Notes: generated by a model from the letters alone, not told the origin. 64,000 nucleotides of DNA from Eledone cirrhosa (GCA_964016885.1 OZ024741.1:305846001-305910000), one strand, 5' to 3'. Numbered from the stretch's first letter, positions 39,874-56,361 are shown. Made by a program: numbers and translations.

Positions 39874-41717
39874 GTTGTGGTGAGTAATAATATGAATTGA
39901 GAAGTAGTTGGGAAGAAAAAGTACAGATAGAGGTTAGAAATTAAAAAGAAAAGAGGAAGAAAGGAAAATGATAAAGAGGAATGATATAGAATGAGTAAAT
40001 TGTATTATATAATATATAATACTGAAATAAGGTAGAAAGATGGGTATATTTGTAAAAGATATATAAGCCTTTGAGAAAAAGGATTTTAAACTAGTAAGGT
40101 ATTGAGATATTAGCTGTATACTTTATGGAATGTTCTATGGAATTTATGCAAGCAGAGAGAAAATAAATCTGTGCGTCTATTTATTATAGAATTGAAATTA
40201 GATATAATGGTAAATTTCTCGGCTAGGCAGAGATTACATGTTCTGGATAGGGAAGAATTCAGGTAAGGAAAAGCAGAACAAACTTTTCTCCAAGAGATCT
40301 TATAGTTAATATTTTTGTCTTTCAAGGACCATATTAGTTCCGAGAGTGCCGTGTTAGTTCTTTTAAGTTGGTATTTAAAAGACGAATTGTGATTATAAAA
40401 TCTAGCTTTGAAGGAAGTGGAAGTGGAACCGAAATAGGTAAAGGATTTGGTATCAGTTATAACCTTACATTCATAGACTAAGTTTTTATCAAGACAATGG
40501 TTATTAAGAGGACATTTAGTTTTAATAGGGCAATTACAATTACGATTAGAGAAATTAACAGAGTTATTAACAAGTGACCTAGTGTTATTTATAGAAGGAA
40601 TTGGATTGGAGAAGTTATTTACGATAGGAATAATAGTTTCCTGATTTAGATTGGTATTATGAACATTCAACGAAGTTACGTTTGACGTCGTATTTAATGA
40701 CGTCGTATTTCATGCTCGTTTTAAACCTACTACTTAATTTGACTTTTACATATTACAATACATAAAAACAAACTTAAACCCTAACTAATTTCTTTTAATA
40801 TATTATATTATTACCATTAGAAAATATTTCGTAAACATATATACTTTTTGATGTTAGATATTTTCTTCCTTAAACATTCTTTTCTTCTTTCCTTCCGCGC
40901 CCATTTTAAACAAACTATTTACGTACACATATTACATTACATAAAAACAAACTTAAACCCTAACTAATTCCTCTAAATTCATAACTCATTCATCCTTCTC
41001 CTTCTTTTCACATTATACTCTTAATATCATTAATATTTTTATTTTAATAATACATATTAATAAATTCTTTTCTTCGCACATATTATTAAACACTTCAATA
41101 TACAAACCTTAATTTAATACTATTCTTAATTCCTTTTTCTTCATGCATAAACCTCATTAACTTTTAATTTCAAAATCTATTAAATTATCTATTATCTTCC
41201 AACGGCTTTTTAATTTCTCTCTGTGAGACAATATTTTTTTCTCAGTTGTAAAGGCTATCTCTCTCTCTCTATCACCCATCTCTCCTCCTCTCTCATCCTT
41301 ACTTCTTATACTCCTCCCCCACCATCCTTTACTCTTATTTCTTCCTCTTCCTTACTTCCAACCCCCCTCACTTTTTTCCAAATCTCATACATCTATCTTA
41401 ATTTATTTTTCATATATTGATTTAAAACTTCACTATTCACAAGTGTTTTTAAGCTTCATATCATGTCTCCCTATTTTATTTGATGAGAACGCAGATATCA
41501 TCCCATGATGATATTAGTTTTTGAAATGTGCATAATAAAATACTTGGAACTCTTTTAACCATCTTTTGATCTTATATTATTTATACTCCAGTCCTACAAA
41601 CTGTAGAGTGCTACTTATCCGATATTTACATTGCTTTATTGTGCTACAATAAAACTCACCTCCTACATTATGTATATATATATATATATATATACATATG
41701 TATATATATATATATAC

Positions 41718-41820
<103 letters not shown>

Positions 41821-41841
41821 CATATATACATATATATATAC

Positions 41842-41893
<52 letters not shown>

Positions 41894-41989
41894 GTATATA
41901 TATATATATATACATATATACATATGTATATATATATACATATGTATATATATATATATACATATGTATATATATACATATATATATAT

Positions 41990-43792
41990 ACGATATTAAA
42001 CAAATGGAAACTATATTTATAAAACCATATTTATTTCGTTATATATATTTCTGGGATATCATATTAAAAATAATCACAAAAATTCTTTCACGGATCCAAA
42101 TAAAAAATCCTCAACATCGCTGTCAGGCTTACTCTGGCAACTTAAACATGATAAAGTTGGATATTCGATGGTTTGGAATATAGTCTCAAAAGGGATTCCT
42201 TTTAATTCCTCTTCTGAGACATGTGACCTCTGCGCGGAGGAGATATTCTTTATACTAAAATCTAAAAATTCCCTTAATTTACGAACCAATTTATTCAGCT
42301 GCTGCAGACATAGATTGAACTCAACTTTTAAATATAAATATAAATTTAAAATGTAGTATAAAATGTAGTATATTTACTTAAGATATTTAACTATTTATGA
42401 AACTTGGCGATAAATCTTTCGATTCCTTCAATTTTTTTTAAAAACCTTTCTGCACGAATATATAATTAATGAGATTAAATAAACTACCCTAAAATTGGCG
42501 ATGTTCCCAATCTTTTGAATAAATTTTTAAGCTGGATAAACTTCTATAATAAATATAAGAGCATTTGTAGAATAAGTTTTGAATGATTTCTGCTAAATAA
42601 GGCTTGGTGAACAATTTTGGTTTTGTTTGCTTTTGATTCTGATTTTATGTGACTGATATGCGTGGCATACTATGTTCTCTTGCGTCCCTAGATACTCTGT
42701 GGAGTGACGAAGATGTTTTTAATTTTTAATATTGATATCTGTTGTCTATTCTATGCTTGATCGATAATCATGCAAGTGAGGCAGGAATGTTACTTTAAAT
42801 GTTAATGTATATCTTATATATTTTATGTCTATATATATGTATATATGTATGTAAATATATGTAGGGTGGAATCTTTTGTAACGCAATGAAGATTTTCATG
42901 AAATATAAGAATCTGTGGAGCATATCACGTAAGTTCACATGTGTGTCTATAATTATCAACTTGAATTTGAGATAACCTTCTCTTTTCTCTTTTTTCTTTT
43001 TTCATGAGAATGCATATATACTTATGTTTGAAGTTTTATCTCAGATTTTGCTTATAGACCTAAGAATTTTTAAACTAAGCATGGGGTCATTTTTTTCACA
43101 CATTATGGATATGTGTCTCATTCATGAATACTGATATTTACATTATAATACCTAATTCATAAAAATTGATAATTCAAATGGATGAGACATAATCTATTTT
43201 TAATATATTTTAAATATATCATCTTTCTTTCTTTTTCTCCTCTACACTGGACGTGATTTATGTGTCGGCTAGTTTAACTGTATCCCTTCCCTCCTTAACC
43301 TCTCACATATACGATGATCATCTGTCCAAAAGCTGCCTACTATATTTTTTCACTTCCTCAATGTATTTCTCTCTCCCATATCTCCTTCTCTCTCTATCTC
43401 GCTCTGTTGTTTTTCTTTACATACATCTCCTCATCTTCTTCTTTTTTATTTACATACATCTCTTCATCTTTTTCTTTTCATCTTCGTTTTTCTTTCTATA
43501 TAACTGTCATAACAGTTTCACTACCAAATCAACTTTTTAAATGAAAGTTGCATTATTATAAGGTATGTCAAATTATTTATAAAACAGCTTATGTATTGTA
43601 TTTTGTCTGAGGAAGGCATACCATATTTTTAATATGATATCCCAGAAATATATATGACGAAATAAATATGGTTTTATAAATATAGTTTCCATTTGTTTAA
43701 TATCGTAAACCTACTCCAGAAACTGTTGAGTGCTTTTATATCAGTTATAAAATATTTACTCGTTGTAACCCAACAATTTTAAATAAAACTTT

Positions 43793-43797
<5 letters not shown>
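41990..43797 (+). mobile_element. Hydra-type PLE 3' fragment with short inverted 5' copy (41990-42071 mirrors 43625-43706) and tail
   Basis: Endonuclease end CDLCAEE..LNLRTNLFSCCRH (42168-42356). Hammerhead-like CTGAGGA..GAAA-TATATA-TG at ~43599-43664. Confidence 0.85.
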
Positions 43798-43837
<40 letters not shown>

Positions 43838-43922
43838 TAAAATAACAGATTAAAGTTTAAGCAAAAGCAGCGATTCTTTGCTTAAACTTTAATCTGCTAG
43901 TGTATATATATATATACTGCTA

Positions 43923-44003
<81 letters not shown>

Positions 44004-44004
<1 letters not shown>

Positions 44005-47000
44005 TAGCAGTTTAGCCCGGCGTTGCTCAGGTTTATTCATTTTCTATGAAAAGTTACATACAGGTAAACGTAGCTTGAAAGCGCATAAGCTTATCAATTA
44101 AGTGCATAAAGCAGTTGAACCGGTTATTAATAGTTACGAACCAATTAGCATTTTCGACAATCAATAAGTTAATAATCTTCCAATAGCGAATTTAGTAGAC
44201 CAAAGTTGCAAGATGGTGGCCCTGATGCCGCTGGGTGTCAGATCTGTCCGCCATGTGTGACTCTACCAGGAAATAGTTTTCCAGACGGCATAGCTCCAGC
44301 ACCTGCACCAACATCTATAGCACCTCTTTGTAGATGATATTGCGTGTCATCCCTTGAGGAGTGTAAGCAAAAAGTCCATTCCTGTTCCCTACGCGGGAAC
44401 AGGCAACATAAAGTTGGCCATGGGAGAAGCATGGCTCCCCCAAATGGATGCCCGCCACCGACAATGTTTTCCCTTGTGACTTGTTAATGGACATGGCAAA
44501 ACATGGTCTCACCAGGAATTGGGATCGCCGGAAATCGAACTGGATATCTGACGCCGAGGGTAAAAGGTTCATCCTTGGAATGAAAATATTCTCCCCTCTC
44601 CCGAACCCGGTTGCAATGGTGGCCTCAATCTAGTGGGGCGTCAGTAACTTGACGACCATGCGAGTACCGTTGCACTGCTTTGGTGGACGCAAGTTCCTTA
44701 TTAGCATAATGGGACAGCCAACCCTAAGCTTAAGAATGTGAGGTGGGAGCCCTGGGGGCTCAAGGGAATTTAATAACTCAACCGGATAATTAACGATATC
44801 GTCGAGGTCTGACGTCCGGTCGATAGATTTGAAGATGTGTTCTTTACCGGGAAACTTCTCAATCAGCTGCTCGTTAATAAAATTAACCATGGTATTTTTC
44901 GGAGCAAGGATAACTCTTTCGCCAAGCCAATCGAGGTTTTTAAAGTTAGATGAGACATTAGGAAAAACTGCTTCCCAAAAGTCAGAAGGGCTGCTCACAA
45001 TGTTGCACAGGGAGTTGATTGCTATGCCGCCCTTGTCATCCGCAGGGACATTGCCTTCACCAAGTGCTAAAATATTCTGAGCATATGCTGCAGACATGTT
45101 GTCACCATGCAAATGAGCACGCATATTTGTCCTCAGGTACAAACTCTTCACCTAGAGCCACAACATGGACGACTTAAGGCAGGAACGCACTTCATCAGCT
45201 CTTGTCCCTTTTGGTATGACAGGCAGCGTTTGCCGAAAATCCCCTGATAGCAGAAGGGTTACGCCACCCATAGGAGCCGTAGAATCCCTAATGTCTTTCA
45301 GGGTCCTGTCCAATGCCTAACCTCAAGAGCACCCTTGTGTGCCATTGTGCACTCATCCCAAACAATGAGGCAACATTTTTTGAGAACCAGAGCTTCGTGT
45401 GAACTCTTGCTGATATTGCATGTTGGTGTCTCAGTTTTTACTAAATCCAAGGGGTGTTTAAAGGTTGAATGTGCTGTCCTGCCTCCCGGCAGCAAAGTAG
45501 CAGCGATCCCGGACGATGCAACGGCTAACGTAATTTTTTTCTCTTGACGAATCTTAGCGAGAATCAATTTCGTTACAAAAGTTTTTCCGGTACCCCCAGG
45601 AGCATCGAGAAAGTAAATACCCCCAGTCTGATTTTGAACCGCGTCAATGATAGTTAAATAGGCCAACCTTGGCTCATTTTCCTCTAAGTATTGGGAAAGA
45701 GATTCGATGTCATATTCTGTTTCCCGCAACAAATCCGGGGCCAACGTGTTAGCTTCCTCTCTGACGGTTGACGGCAAGCCATACTTCGCCAACTCACTCC
45801 CACCCATGCCGAGGAGGGCGTCCTCGATATCAATGAGTTGTAGATAATGTCGCTGTAACCAACTTCCACTGAAGTATACTGCAGATGAGCCAGGCGCAGG
45901 AAATCTTCAGACATGAAGTTTCTGTACTTGAGCCATAAAGATTTGGGATCACCCAATTCACACTTTTGAAGCAAAATGGCAAAGAGTTCCCGTAGACCTT
46001 TAGGTGATTTCAACAAAGAACCCCCTGCTAAAGTGGAATCCCATTGCGAATCATCTTCCAAAAGACCACGCTTTAAGCAGGCTTCCCGGTACGTATCACA
46101 TATTTCTCCATCAACAGTTTTGAGGTCCTGAAAACTTTGTGGGCCTACAACTTCATGTAGAAGAAGGCGGAGATGAAAGCACTCATGCTGACTTGGGGAC
46201 ACAGTGTAAACCCTTCCAAGACAGCTGTCAAATTTTACACCAGGATGTCTTTCAGCAGCCTGACCTGAATTTCTTCGCACCCAAGTGTTTTTCGACCATA
46301 TAAAGTAGGGGGAACCTGGGAGTACACAATTGTTTACGCAAATGTATCGAACTGGCAAAGTTTGAAGAAACCCGTCAGAGTGGTCTCTTTCGGATCGGCG
46401 GCCAACTTGGCGGCGGTTTGGTCTGTAAAGTAAACCCATTGCCCATTTTCCAAATGTACCGCAAGCTGTACGATGGCGGGGTGACGTTGGTGTAGGGGTA
46501 AACCAAATAGGCGCCAAAAAGCTTCATTGCTACTGATGTGCCGCCCCGCCAGGTATTCTGTAACCTCGTCCCTGCTATTTTCAGCTTGAAATGCGAACAT
46601 TGCGGCATCAGAGCCCTTATTTACATATTTGCATATGTATTTTCTCGACTTGACGGAGATGCAAAACTCAACGTTGATGTGGGCGTTGAACATCTTCAAG
46701 AGAAGCGGGCAGTAAGGGACGACCCATCTATTGTCGACTTGACCTCCCCTTACTGTTGTGGTGAAGCCACCGTTCTCGGGATGTCTCCGCGTGTACAGGG
46801 GGTACCCGTCGCCACCAGTCTGAGTCTGGTCAACAAATTTTTGGGGGTATCCCTTACTGCATGACACCCCTTTCAGACACGTGTGATGCTCATTAGGACC
46901 CGACGCACACGGACCATGTTAGCTTTGACGATGTCATGTAATTCCTGGTCAGTTGCTGGGTTAGGGATTTCAGCCGAAATGAAGCTGTCTATGGCATTTG

Positions 47001-48244
47001 AATTGATTTTATCAGCTAACCAAATCAAAATATGAGCATGTGGCAGCCCTCGTTTTTGCCATTCGACGGTGAACATGTCACATTTTACAGCTCCAAATAC
47101 CTGACCTTTTTTTTTTTTAAAATTAAAGCCATGAGTTTAGCCAGTTTCAGTCTGAACACTCTGGCAGTGAGGTCATGTCTGTTCGAATAATTTTGCCCAG
47201 TAAAAAGTTCACGGGTTACATTCCGATTCATATGTCTATAGCATTAATCTGTTATATGAAGTGTTATTTTGCGGGTTATTATTTGCAATAAGCCGATTGA
47301 AAATGCCCCAGATAAGCCGTATGTCAATACGGAACGCTCCACTGCAGTGTTGTCATATAGGGAGTGAAGAGCGACAGAGAGAGTAAAGCAGTTAAATTAT
47401 AGAGAGGGGGAATGATGATGATCGATTTTTGCCCTTATTGTTGATTGATTTGAAATTTTTTGCTTCATGATCTTCTCCAGACATCTGTTGCTTTTGTATA
47501 TTTGTTATTTGATGTAAAATGTAAGTGTGTAAAATGTAACGTTGAGAGAGCAGTATGTATTTAGTGTTATCGGCTTTTTAAATTTTGATATTTGATGTAT
47601 GAGTGTCGCTTAGTTATCAAAGTTTTTTTCGCGTTCCCGAACGAAGAGGGGGAATGATCTATTATAGAGAGAGAGAAGAGCGACGGAGAGAGTGAAGCTA
47701 GTGTTAAACCTCGAAGCATGAAGAGAGTAAAGCAGTTAAATTATAGATAGGGGGAATAATCTATTGTAGAGAGAGGGAAGAGCGACGGAAAGAGTAAAGC
47801 TATGGTTGTTGTATAAATCGATGTGTTGCTTAGGTTTCAAAGTTTGTGTCGCGTTCCTTCAAAAGAACTTTTGTCGTTGTTCTAAATTGTAGGAGTCAGT
47901 AACCTTTTTAAGAGAGTTGCAGAGGATATTGAGAGTGGAGTAGAAGAAAGGATGAACCTTTTAAAGAGAGTTGCAACATGTATGTAGTTTCATATATTTT
48001 TGATGGTAGTAGTGAGAGGAATGAAGCGTGTAAGAGAGAGGGTTACAGCATGTATTTAGTTTTATCGATTTTTTTTATAGAAGCAGGAAATGTTTGGCAA
48101 AAATAATTACGCGTTGACCTACCCTGGTAAATTTGGAGCACATTGGGAAAAAATCATCAAAATCGGTAGAAAAATTTGGAAATGCATAAAAATTATACAC
48201 ACACACAGACAGACATCTACTGTTTTATATATAGAGAGAAGAGA
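44004..48244 (-). mobile_element. Helitron with both termini and an internal deletion
   Basis: Minus-strand 5' TCTCTTCTCTCTATATATAAAAC at 48244. 3' hairpin CCTGAGCAACGCCGGG then CTAG ending at 44004. A/T target. Subterminal repeats at 47360-48060. Confidence 0.92.
44315..47220 (-). pseudogene. Helitron Rep/PIF1 helicase (RepHel), multiple stops and frameshifts
   Basis: HUH motif VEWQKRGLPHAHILIW, KYICKYVNKGSD, Walker A DAPGGTGKT, IVWDECTM, LRTNMR, CNGTR, FAMSINKSQG, FSHGQLYVACSRV. Confidence 0.95.
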
Positions 48245-48597
48245 TATACATATATATATATATACTTAGGTTATATTATTAATTATAGATTATTATTATT
48301 ACTCTTCCATTTCTAATTACCTCATGTACTTTCTCCTCCGTTATATATATTGTATGCCCTTTGTGTTTGTGTAGCCTCTGCAAACCCTCTGCACCATACT
48401 ATCGACGCCACCCCATCTATGGTTCAGCTAACCACTCGACTCCCGGGAATGAATATGACCGCAGCTAGTAAACAAGGACCCACACCCCACCCTCCGCACC
48501 AAAATTAGACTTATCGTCCCCTACTTTTGCTCTTTACTCTCTTTACTCTTTGTTCTTGAATGTTTGGTTGGTAGAGTCCATAACACCAATCAAACCC

Positions 48598-48659
48598 CTT
48601 TTATAGCTCTGAAGAATCCTACGGTTACGTAAAGAAGAAACATTGTAAGCCAATAAAAA
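48598..48659 (+). ncRNA. Probable type I hammerhead at the end of a short non-coding element (~48265-48698)
   Basis: TTTTATAGCT-CTGAAGA-ATCCTACG-GTTA-CGTAAAGAA-GAAA-CATTG-TA-AGCCAATAAAA. Confidence 0.6.
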
Positions 48660-48695
48660 TCTTTTGATGTTGTAGACGCTCTTGTGTTCTTTATC

Positions 48696-48769
<74 letters not shown>

Positions 48770-48771
<2 letters not shown>

Positions 48772-49812
48772 GTGGGAAAGTAAAAAAGTAAAAAAGTAAA
48801 GAACCGGAGAATAGACCGTTAAAACATGTTTATTTAAAATATCACCTAAGTACGTTTCGCCCAGTTGGGCTTCTCAAGGGCATAAATAATCACAAGTGTT
48901 CCTTATATTGCTCGGAAAGAGTTTTGGGGTTAAATCCACATCAAGGTTCATTGCTCGCAAAAATATCTTGTTTTAATTTTGCAGCAGGTCAAGGGAGGTA
49001 ACTCTGGCCGGTGTTAGGGCAGTCTTTCCCAGACAAATTTTTTTTTTTTTTTTGCCGCATCCGTTTGTCTGAGGCTGGGTCTGGTATGCAAGGATTGTTT
49101 CCTGGGTGTTATTTTGCAGCGCCTGCCCGCCGGGGTGTTAAGACTTGTTGCAGGGATATCCAGTGTACTATTTCACTCTTCATCCTTAACCCATCTGAAG
49201 AAGGATATTTTTAAGCGATATGTACAACTTATCGCTGTTTCAGCTCTGCTGTTGATGAGCTCGTGGGGTGCAGTTATGATGTGGTAGAGCTCCATGAGGC
49301 AAAGATCGCATTTCCTCTTGAAGTTGTACGGTGCAGCCCAGCCGACAATCTCCCAGTGCGTGGAGAAGCTGATGTTTAAGTGCTTTAGTGATGTGATGTA
49401 GTCCGCGAGCGAAGTGGAGTGCCTTAGTTTTCTATTTGTGAAAGAGTGGAGATGTGTTCGAAACCTAATTTTGAACGGTCCGGAGGTGGCCCCTATCTAA
49501 TGTTTAACGCTATTGTGGCTAGTAATAGTGCATCTATATATAACCCTATCAGTCAAGCAGTATCCTCTAAGGGGGCAGCGTCCTCTGTCGCGGCAGTTGC
49601 AATTTCTGTCGCGGTTCCGTCTATTTCCCACGGTAAGGCTATCATTGTTGCTGCCTACGTTGTTACCTACGCTACCGCAGCTGTCGTTAGCACAATTACA
49701 ACCCACAGCACGCGGGGTGGTGCGATTGTTATTCCGCACGTAATGTTCTGCATGTTCCCCAGTCATTTCGCGGTTATTCTGGTTGCGTCTGCGGATGCCG
49801 TTGCCAACACTA
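48770..49812 (-). mobile_element. Hydra-type PLE fragment (linker and GIY-YIG ~49215-49810, 3' UTR with variant hammerhead ~48843-48880)
   Basis: [24 protein letters not shown], continuing past a stop to CDLCLME. Minus TTGAGAA-GCCCA-AC-TGGGC-GAAA-CGTACT-TA. Confidence 0.8.
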
Positions 49813-49866
49813 TTATATGTATATACATATATATATATACATCTTTATACATATATATATATACAT

Positions 49867-49951
<85 letters not shown>

Positions 49952-49988
49952 TATATGTATATATATATACATATGTATATATATATAT

Positions 49989-50125
<137 letters not shown>

Positions 50126-51388
50126 CATTGGATGCCTGATGAACCATGTTAGAACACCACAGCTTGTCGTTCTCTAATTCGATTCTATAGAGCAGGTTGT
50201 TTTTGTTGCGAGAATTGACATCGTATTATTTTCCGGAAGTGTGTGTGTGATTAAGGGGAGTTAATGCGTAAGGGGAGGTAACTAGCTGATTTCTATAACT
50301 AAATTTATTATCCTAATGTACATTAAATAGTGTCTCAAATGAGTCCCTATCATATAAGGTTATAAACAGTTTCTAAATTTAAGTATCTTATCTATAAATT
50401 ACAGTGAAGTCTATCAAGAAGTACTAAAGGTGTTCATATTAGGATGATTACCTTCTATCATAGAGTGCCACAACTGAATATTCTACATGAAGAGTCAGAT
50501 CTCTAAATCAATGATCTTTGTAAGTGTAGTCTACCCGCAGAACCTGGCAGGGTTTTATTAGAATCACTTCTATATATAACTCCTGGTAAGCTCTGGGTCA
50601 GTGCATGTCTAATTGCATGGCAAAGTTAAATATCACTAGGGTAGACCAGAGATCAATTCTCACTTACAATGATACTAATCTGACCATCAATGTACATAAT
50701 TCATTGCACTCAGCATATAGGTTATATAGCTCTTTTATGTTAATAAATTAATTAATCTTCCATTTATCCAATGATGGCACTCCATACACAGAACAATATT
50801 AGCACAACCAATTCCGTGCTTAAAGTTTACATTAATTATATATTGGTGTAATGTAGTCAAATATACCAAAAGTAGATGTACATGGGGATATCTCTAGGGT
50901 AAAAGGTACTAGGAGGATGTCACTATTTGCGTTAAAGTGGATCAATGAGTGTGGAGATGTGGTGTAAGGTGTGCCCTTGAGGTTTGTTGCTAGATGTGGT
51001 GACGGGTTCAAGTCTGACATTGTTATATATTGGGTTTAAAGTTTTGGAAGGAGTGTCGGAAGCGGTACTGGCAAGACGCGAACACTTCTGATTTTTTATT
51101 AATAATTTAGTTTGCGTCAAGCTAACGAATGCAAATTCGGTATGTAGCTTTAGCACTCGAATGGGAATAGTACCCCCAGAGTAATAACAATACGTTTAGA
51201 CAGCTTAGCAAATCAAATATAGCGATCGGCAGTCCAGCCGCATTACCACAGCAACGAAAATACAGGACTCATGAAAAGATTTTAGAGTGACCTGGTCAGA
51301 ACGCTGGGACCAAATGCAATATATAATGCATGTCGATATACATCACATACAGCACACAACATGAGCGCTAGGTTTCTCTCTCTCTCTC

Positions 51389-52190
<802 letters not shown>

Positions 52191-52239
52191 CTATATATAT
52201 ATATTATTATTACTACTATATATATATATATATATATAT

Positions 52240-53047
<808 letters not shown>

Positions 53048-53052
53048 GTATA

Positions 53053-56000
53053 TTTTTATATATAAAGTGAAGTTGGGCGTTGTTTGTTTGGTTTCCCGAA
53101 CTTGCAGGCTACACCGTTCATCCGATTTTCATGAAACCTGACACATATATAAAACTCGACATGTAGATTGGAATAGGCTTCTTGAAAATTTTGAAAATCC
53201 ATAATCAGGCCCCCAAGAAGCCAAAAATCGATATTTAAAAAAATCGTCTTATTTCGATGAAACTCGACGGAAGTGTGTATTTTGATCCGGGGATGAACGT
53301 GGGCGACATTAAACTTTCGAAAATCGATAATCAGACCCCCAGAGGCAAAAATCCGGCAACCGAAAAACGCCATTTTTCTTGCTTCCATTTGTCGCGACTC
53401 CCGCCATGCAAAAAACGTTCAATCTATCAGGATTATCCACCGTAAGTCTCTTTAAATTAACGCTCACCATATTCAGCAAACCTTTTATGCCGATTCTTCA
53501 TTTCTTATATAAGGACTATCAAGACTATACCGCCGCGCAGCATCCTGTATTGCGCCCAGTCTTCTCAAGCGATCATCGCGCCTGCATGCGCTCTCTTCAT
53601 TCCCGTGGTCCCACTACCGTAGCACAATGAGGCATCCATCAACCTCTGCCCCCTTTCTTCCCTGCACGCCGTCGACCCACTGCATCGTTGTGCATCACCA
53701 TGCGCATCTCTGCCCTGTCAGCCGCAATTCATTCCCCGGCCCTTTCCATTGCCTTCCCTCCGTGGTCCCTAAGGACTGCCACGGCTCAACATGCCGAATC
53801 CCTGCCACCGTCCACCCCTGCCTATTTCCATTTCCTACACTCCGGGAGAGCTCAAGACTTCCATACCTGACCAAGCCGCATCCCTGCCACCGTCAACCCT
53901 GCCCTCTCCCTTCCCTGCACCGTCGTCCCACTGTATCGTCAAGCCTCACCATGCCACATTACTGCCCTGTCGGCCACCATCCCCTCCTCAGCCTTTTCTT
54001 TTGCCTGCCCGCCGTGCTCCTTCAAGACTGCCATGCCTAACCAAGCCGCATCCCAGCCATCATCAAGTCCTGCCCCCTCCCTTCCCTGCACGCCGTCGTC
54101 CCACTGCATCGTCATGCCTCACCATGCCGCATCCATGCTCTGTCAGCCGCCATGTCCTCCCCTGCCCTCTCCCTTACCCGCACGCATTGGTCCTTCACGA
54201 GTGTCATGGCTCACCATGCGGCATCCCTGCAACCGTCAATCCCGGCCATGTCCCTTCCCTGCACGCCGTCGACCCACTGCATCGTTATGCCTCACCATGC
54301 CGCATCCATGATCTGACAGCCGCATCCATGATCTGTCAGCCGCCATCCCCTCCTCAGCCCTTTATTTTACCTGCCCACCGTGCTCCTTCAAGACTGCCAT
54401 GCCTAACCATGCGGCATCCTTGCCACCGTCCACCCCTGCCCTCTTCCTTGCCTGCTGGCCGTCGTCCCACTGCATCGTCATGCCTTAGGATGCCGCATCC
54501 ATGCACTGTCAGCCACCATCCCCTCCTCGGCCCTTTCTTTTGCCTGACCGCCGTGCTCCTTCAAGACTCCCATGGCTATCTATGCCGCATCAATTCCTTG
54601 CCACCCGCTTAAACGTCATCAGTATGGCTTATTGTTGCCCCATTTGACCACCGATTTTCGCAGGCTAAACACAATACCAACGTGCACGATAGTCCATGGT
54701 AAAACTTTTTAATTACATGTTCATTATGCTAAGCAAAGGGTGAATAGCAACTCCTTCATTTCTCCTGACATGCCTTTCTGTCAATTATGGCCGAGAAGCA
54801 TCCTATGTAGCATCGCGTCTTCTCAAGCGATCAGCGTGCCTTCACTGTCCTCACAATTGACTCACAACGTCGCATCTATTCCCTGCGACGCCCCTAAACA
54901 TCATCAGCATGGCTTATTTTTCTGCCGCGTTTAACCGGCCCTTATTCTAGTCCATAAACAACAAAACCGCACGATGATGCTGCGTAAGTCTATTTAAATT
55001 AATGGTCAACATGTTCAGCAAAACAATTGTACCAATTCTTCCTCTTCACATCCAAGGACTATCCATTACATCTTAGAGGTCGGGATTCGCAATTTCTACG
55101 ATTTCAATATTGACACAACAGTCTGTCAGGTTTTTCGGCACATGTTGCTCCGATAAAAATATCAACGGGATTTTCATTTAATTCGTAAGTGTTCAGTCTT
55201 CCGTATGCTTTTATTTTTTATTGATACAACACCGACTACAATCATCTAACTTCACTTTGTAGGCTAGACGCGAATCACAAGGAAAACAATCCTCTGATAT
55301 ACAACCCCACCAAATTCTTTGGTCTACCTAGATTTCAATGGCTATATCCTTTGCTTTTGTACGGTTGTACATTTGACAATGTCGCAAAACATTATTCCAC
55401 TTGATTCTTACCTTTTAGCTATGAATTGGGCAGTGCCTTAAAATCCCGGTTCATTTGCGTGCAATTTTTTAGTATCTTATGAATGGAGAATCGAAAACCC
55501 TTTTTCTCATAACCTGATACATGCGTTACACGTGGACTATTTTTTCAAAGTACCAATATCACAGATTGGAGCACAAAAAGAAACGTTTGTTCTTCATTTA
55601 TTTCGGTTAAAGCATCCTGCTGGAATTTAGCACAGACCCGTTTAAATCCAGCGCCTTATAACCCCGAGTGTAACCGGGTACACCAGCTAGAAAGACAAAT
55701 GGAAACATTGTTTCCTCGGTCCGATTTGACGAAACCATACTTGAAGACACATTGAGGATGTTGCAAAGGGCAATAACCCTAGACACAATTTTGATCAACT
55801 TTTTTTCACCTATAGCAAATTTACCGGGACAGGATTTTAGCTACTCAAATCTACTTCAGAGGTCACGCATTCATGTAAAAAATCAATAAAACTGAAGCGG
55901 GGGGTTCGACTTTGCACAAAAAACAAGGCAAAGTTACACATGGGAAAACTTTTTACAGGAACGTCCGATTTTCTTGAAAACTGTCGCAAAAGACTCGCCA

Positions 56001-56360
56001 TTATGCCGCGGTTCAGATAAAGTCCCTTTTATTTCTTCTTCTGCACATGTGAGCGCGAAAATTGTAAAAAAAAAAAAAACTGTGAAGAAATCGACTTTTT
56101 CACCTTGCTTTAAAAATCAACTGAAAATTCAATTTCAATTGAATTTGACTTCCGTCAGTCGTGCAAAGAACAATTTCAACGTTACACTGTGAACCTACAA
56201 TTGATTCATTATTTATGCTCAATTACACACCTGCGTCTACTAATCTCTGTTTTTTTCCTTGAGGTTTTTGCACCTGTGATGCGCGGGAAGTAACTTTCAC
56301 ACATTTTAACAACAGAGCAAAGGTCGACTTACTCCAGGGCAACGCCGGGTACTTCTGCTA

Positions 56361-56361
<1 letters not shown>
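53053..56361 (+). mobile_element. Non-autonomous Helitron with two 3' ends and internal GC-rich repeats
   Basis: 5' TTTTTATATATAAAG (TC decayed). Terminal CCAGGGCAACGCCGGG..CTAG at 56358-56361, then T. Internal CCCGAGTGTAACCGGG..CTAG at 55687-55690. Confidence 0.75.
53620..54605. repeat. Diverged C-rich minisatellite inside the Helitron
   Basis: Recurring CCATGCCGCATCC, CCGTCGTCCCACTGCATCGTCATGCCT and GTGCTCCTTCAAGACT motifs. Confidence 0.85.

Larger units (their letters stand above)
38652..41670. mobile_element. Hydra-type PLE fragment: GIY-YIG (40110-40690, minus), 3' UTR, inverted pseudo-LTR (40710-41578 mirrors 38652-39526) and tail
   Basis: CNCPIKTKCPLNNHCLD..YFGSTSTSFKARFYNH..CNLCLAE..INRRTDLFSLCLH. 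~870-bp inverted repeat. Confidence 0.9.

Noticed and set aside
53627-54612. Pro/His/Cys-rich ORFs as a captured host gene
   Set aside because: Several frames are open over a C-rich minisatellite, with no domain signature.
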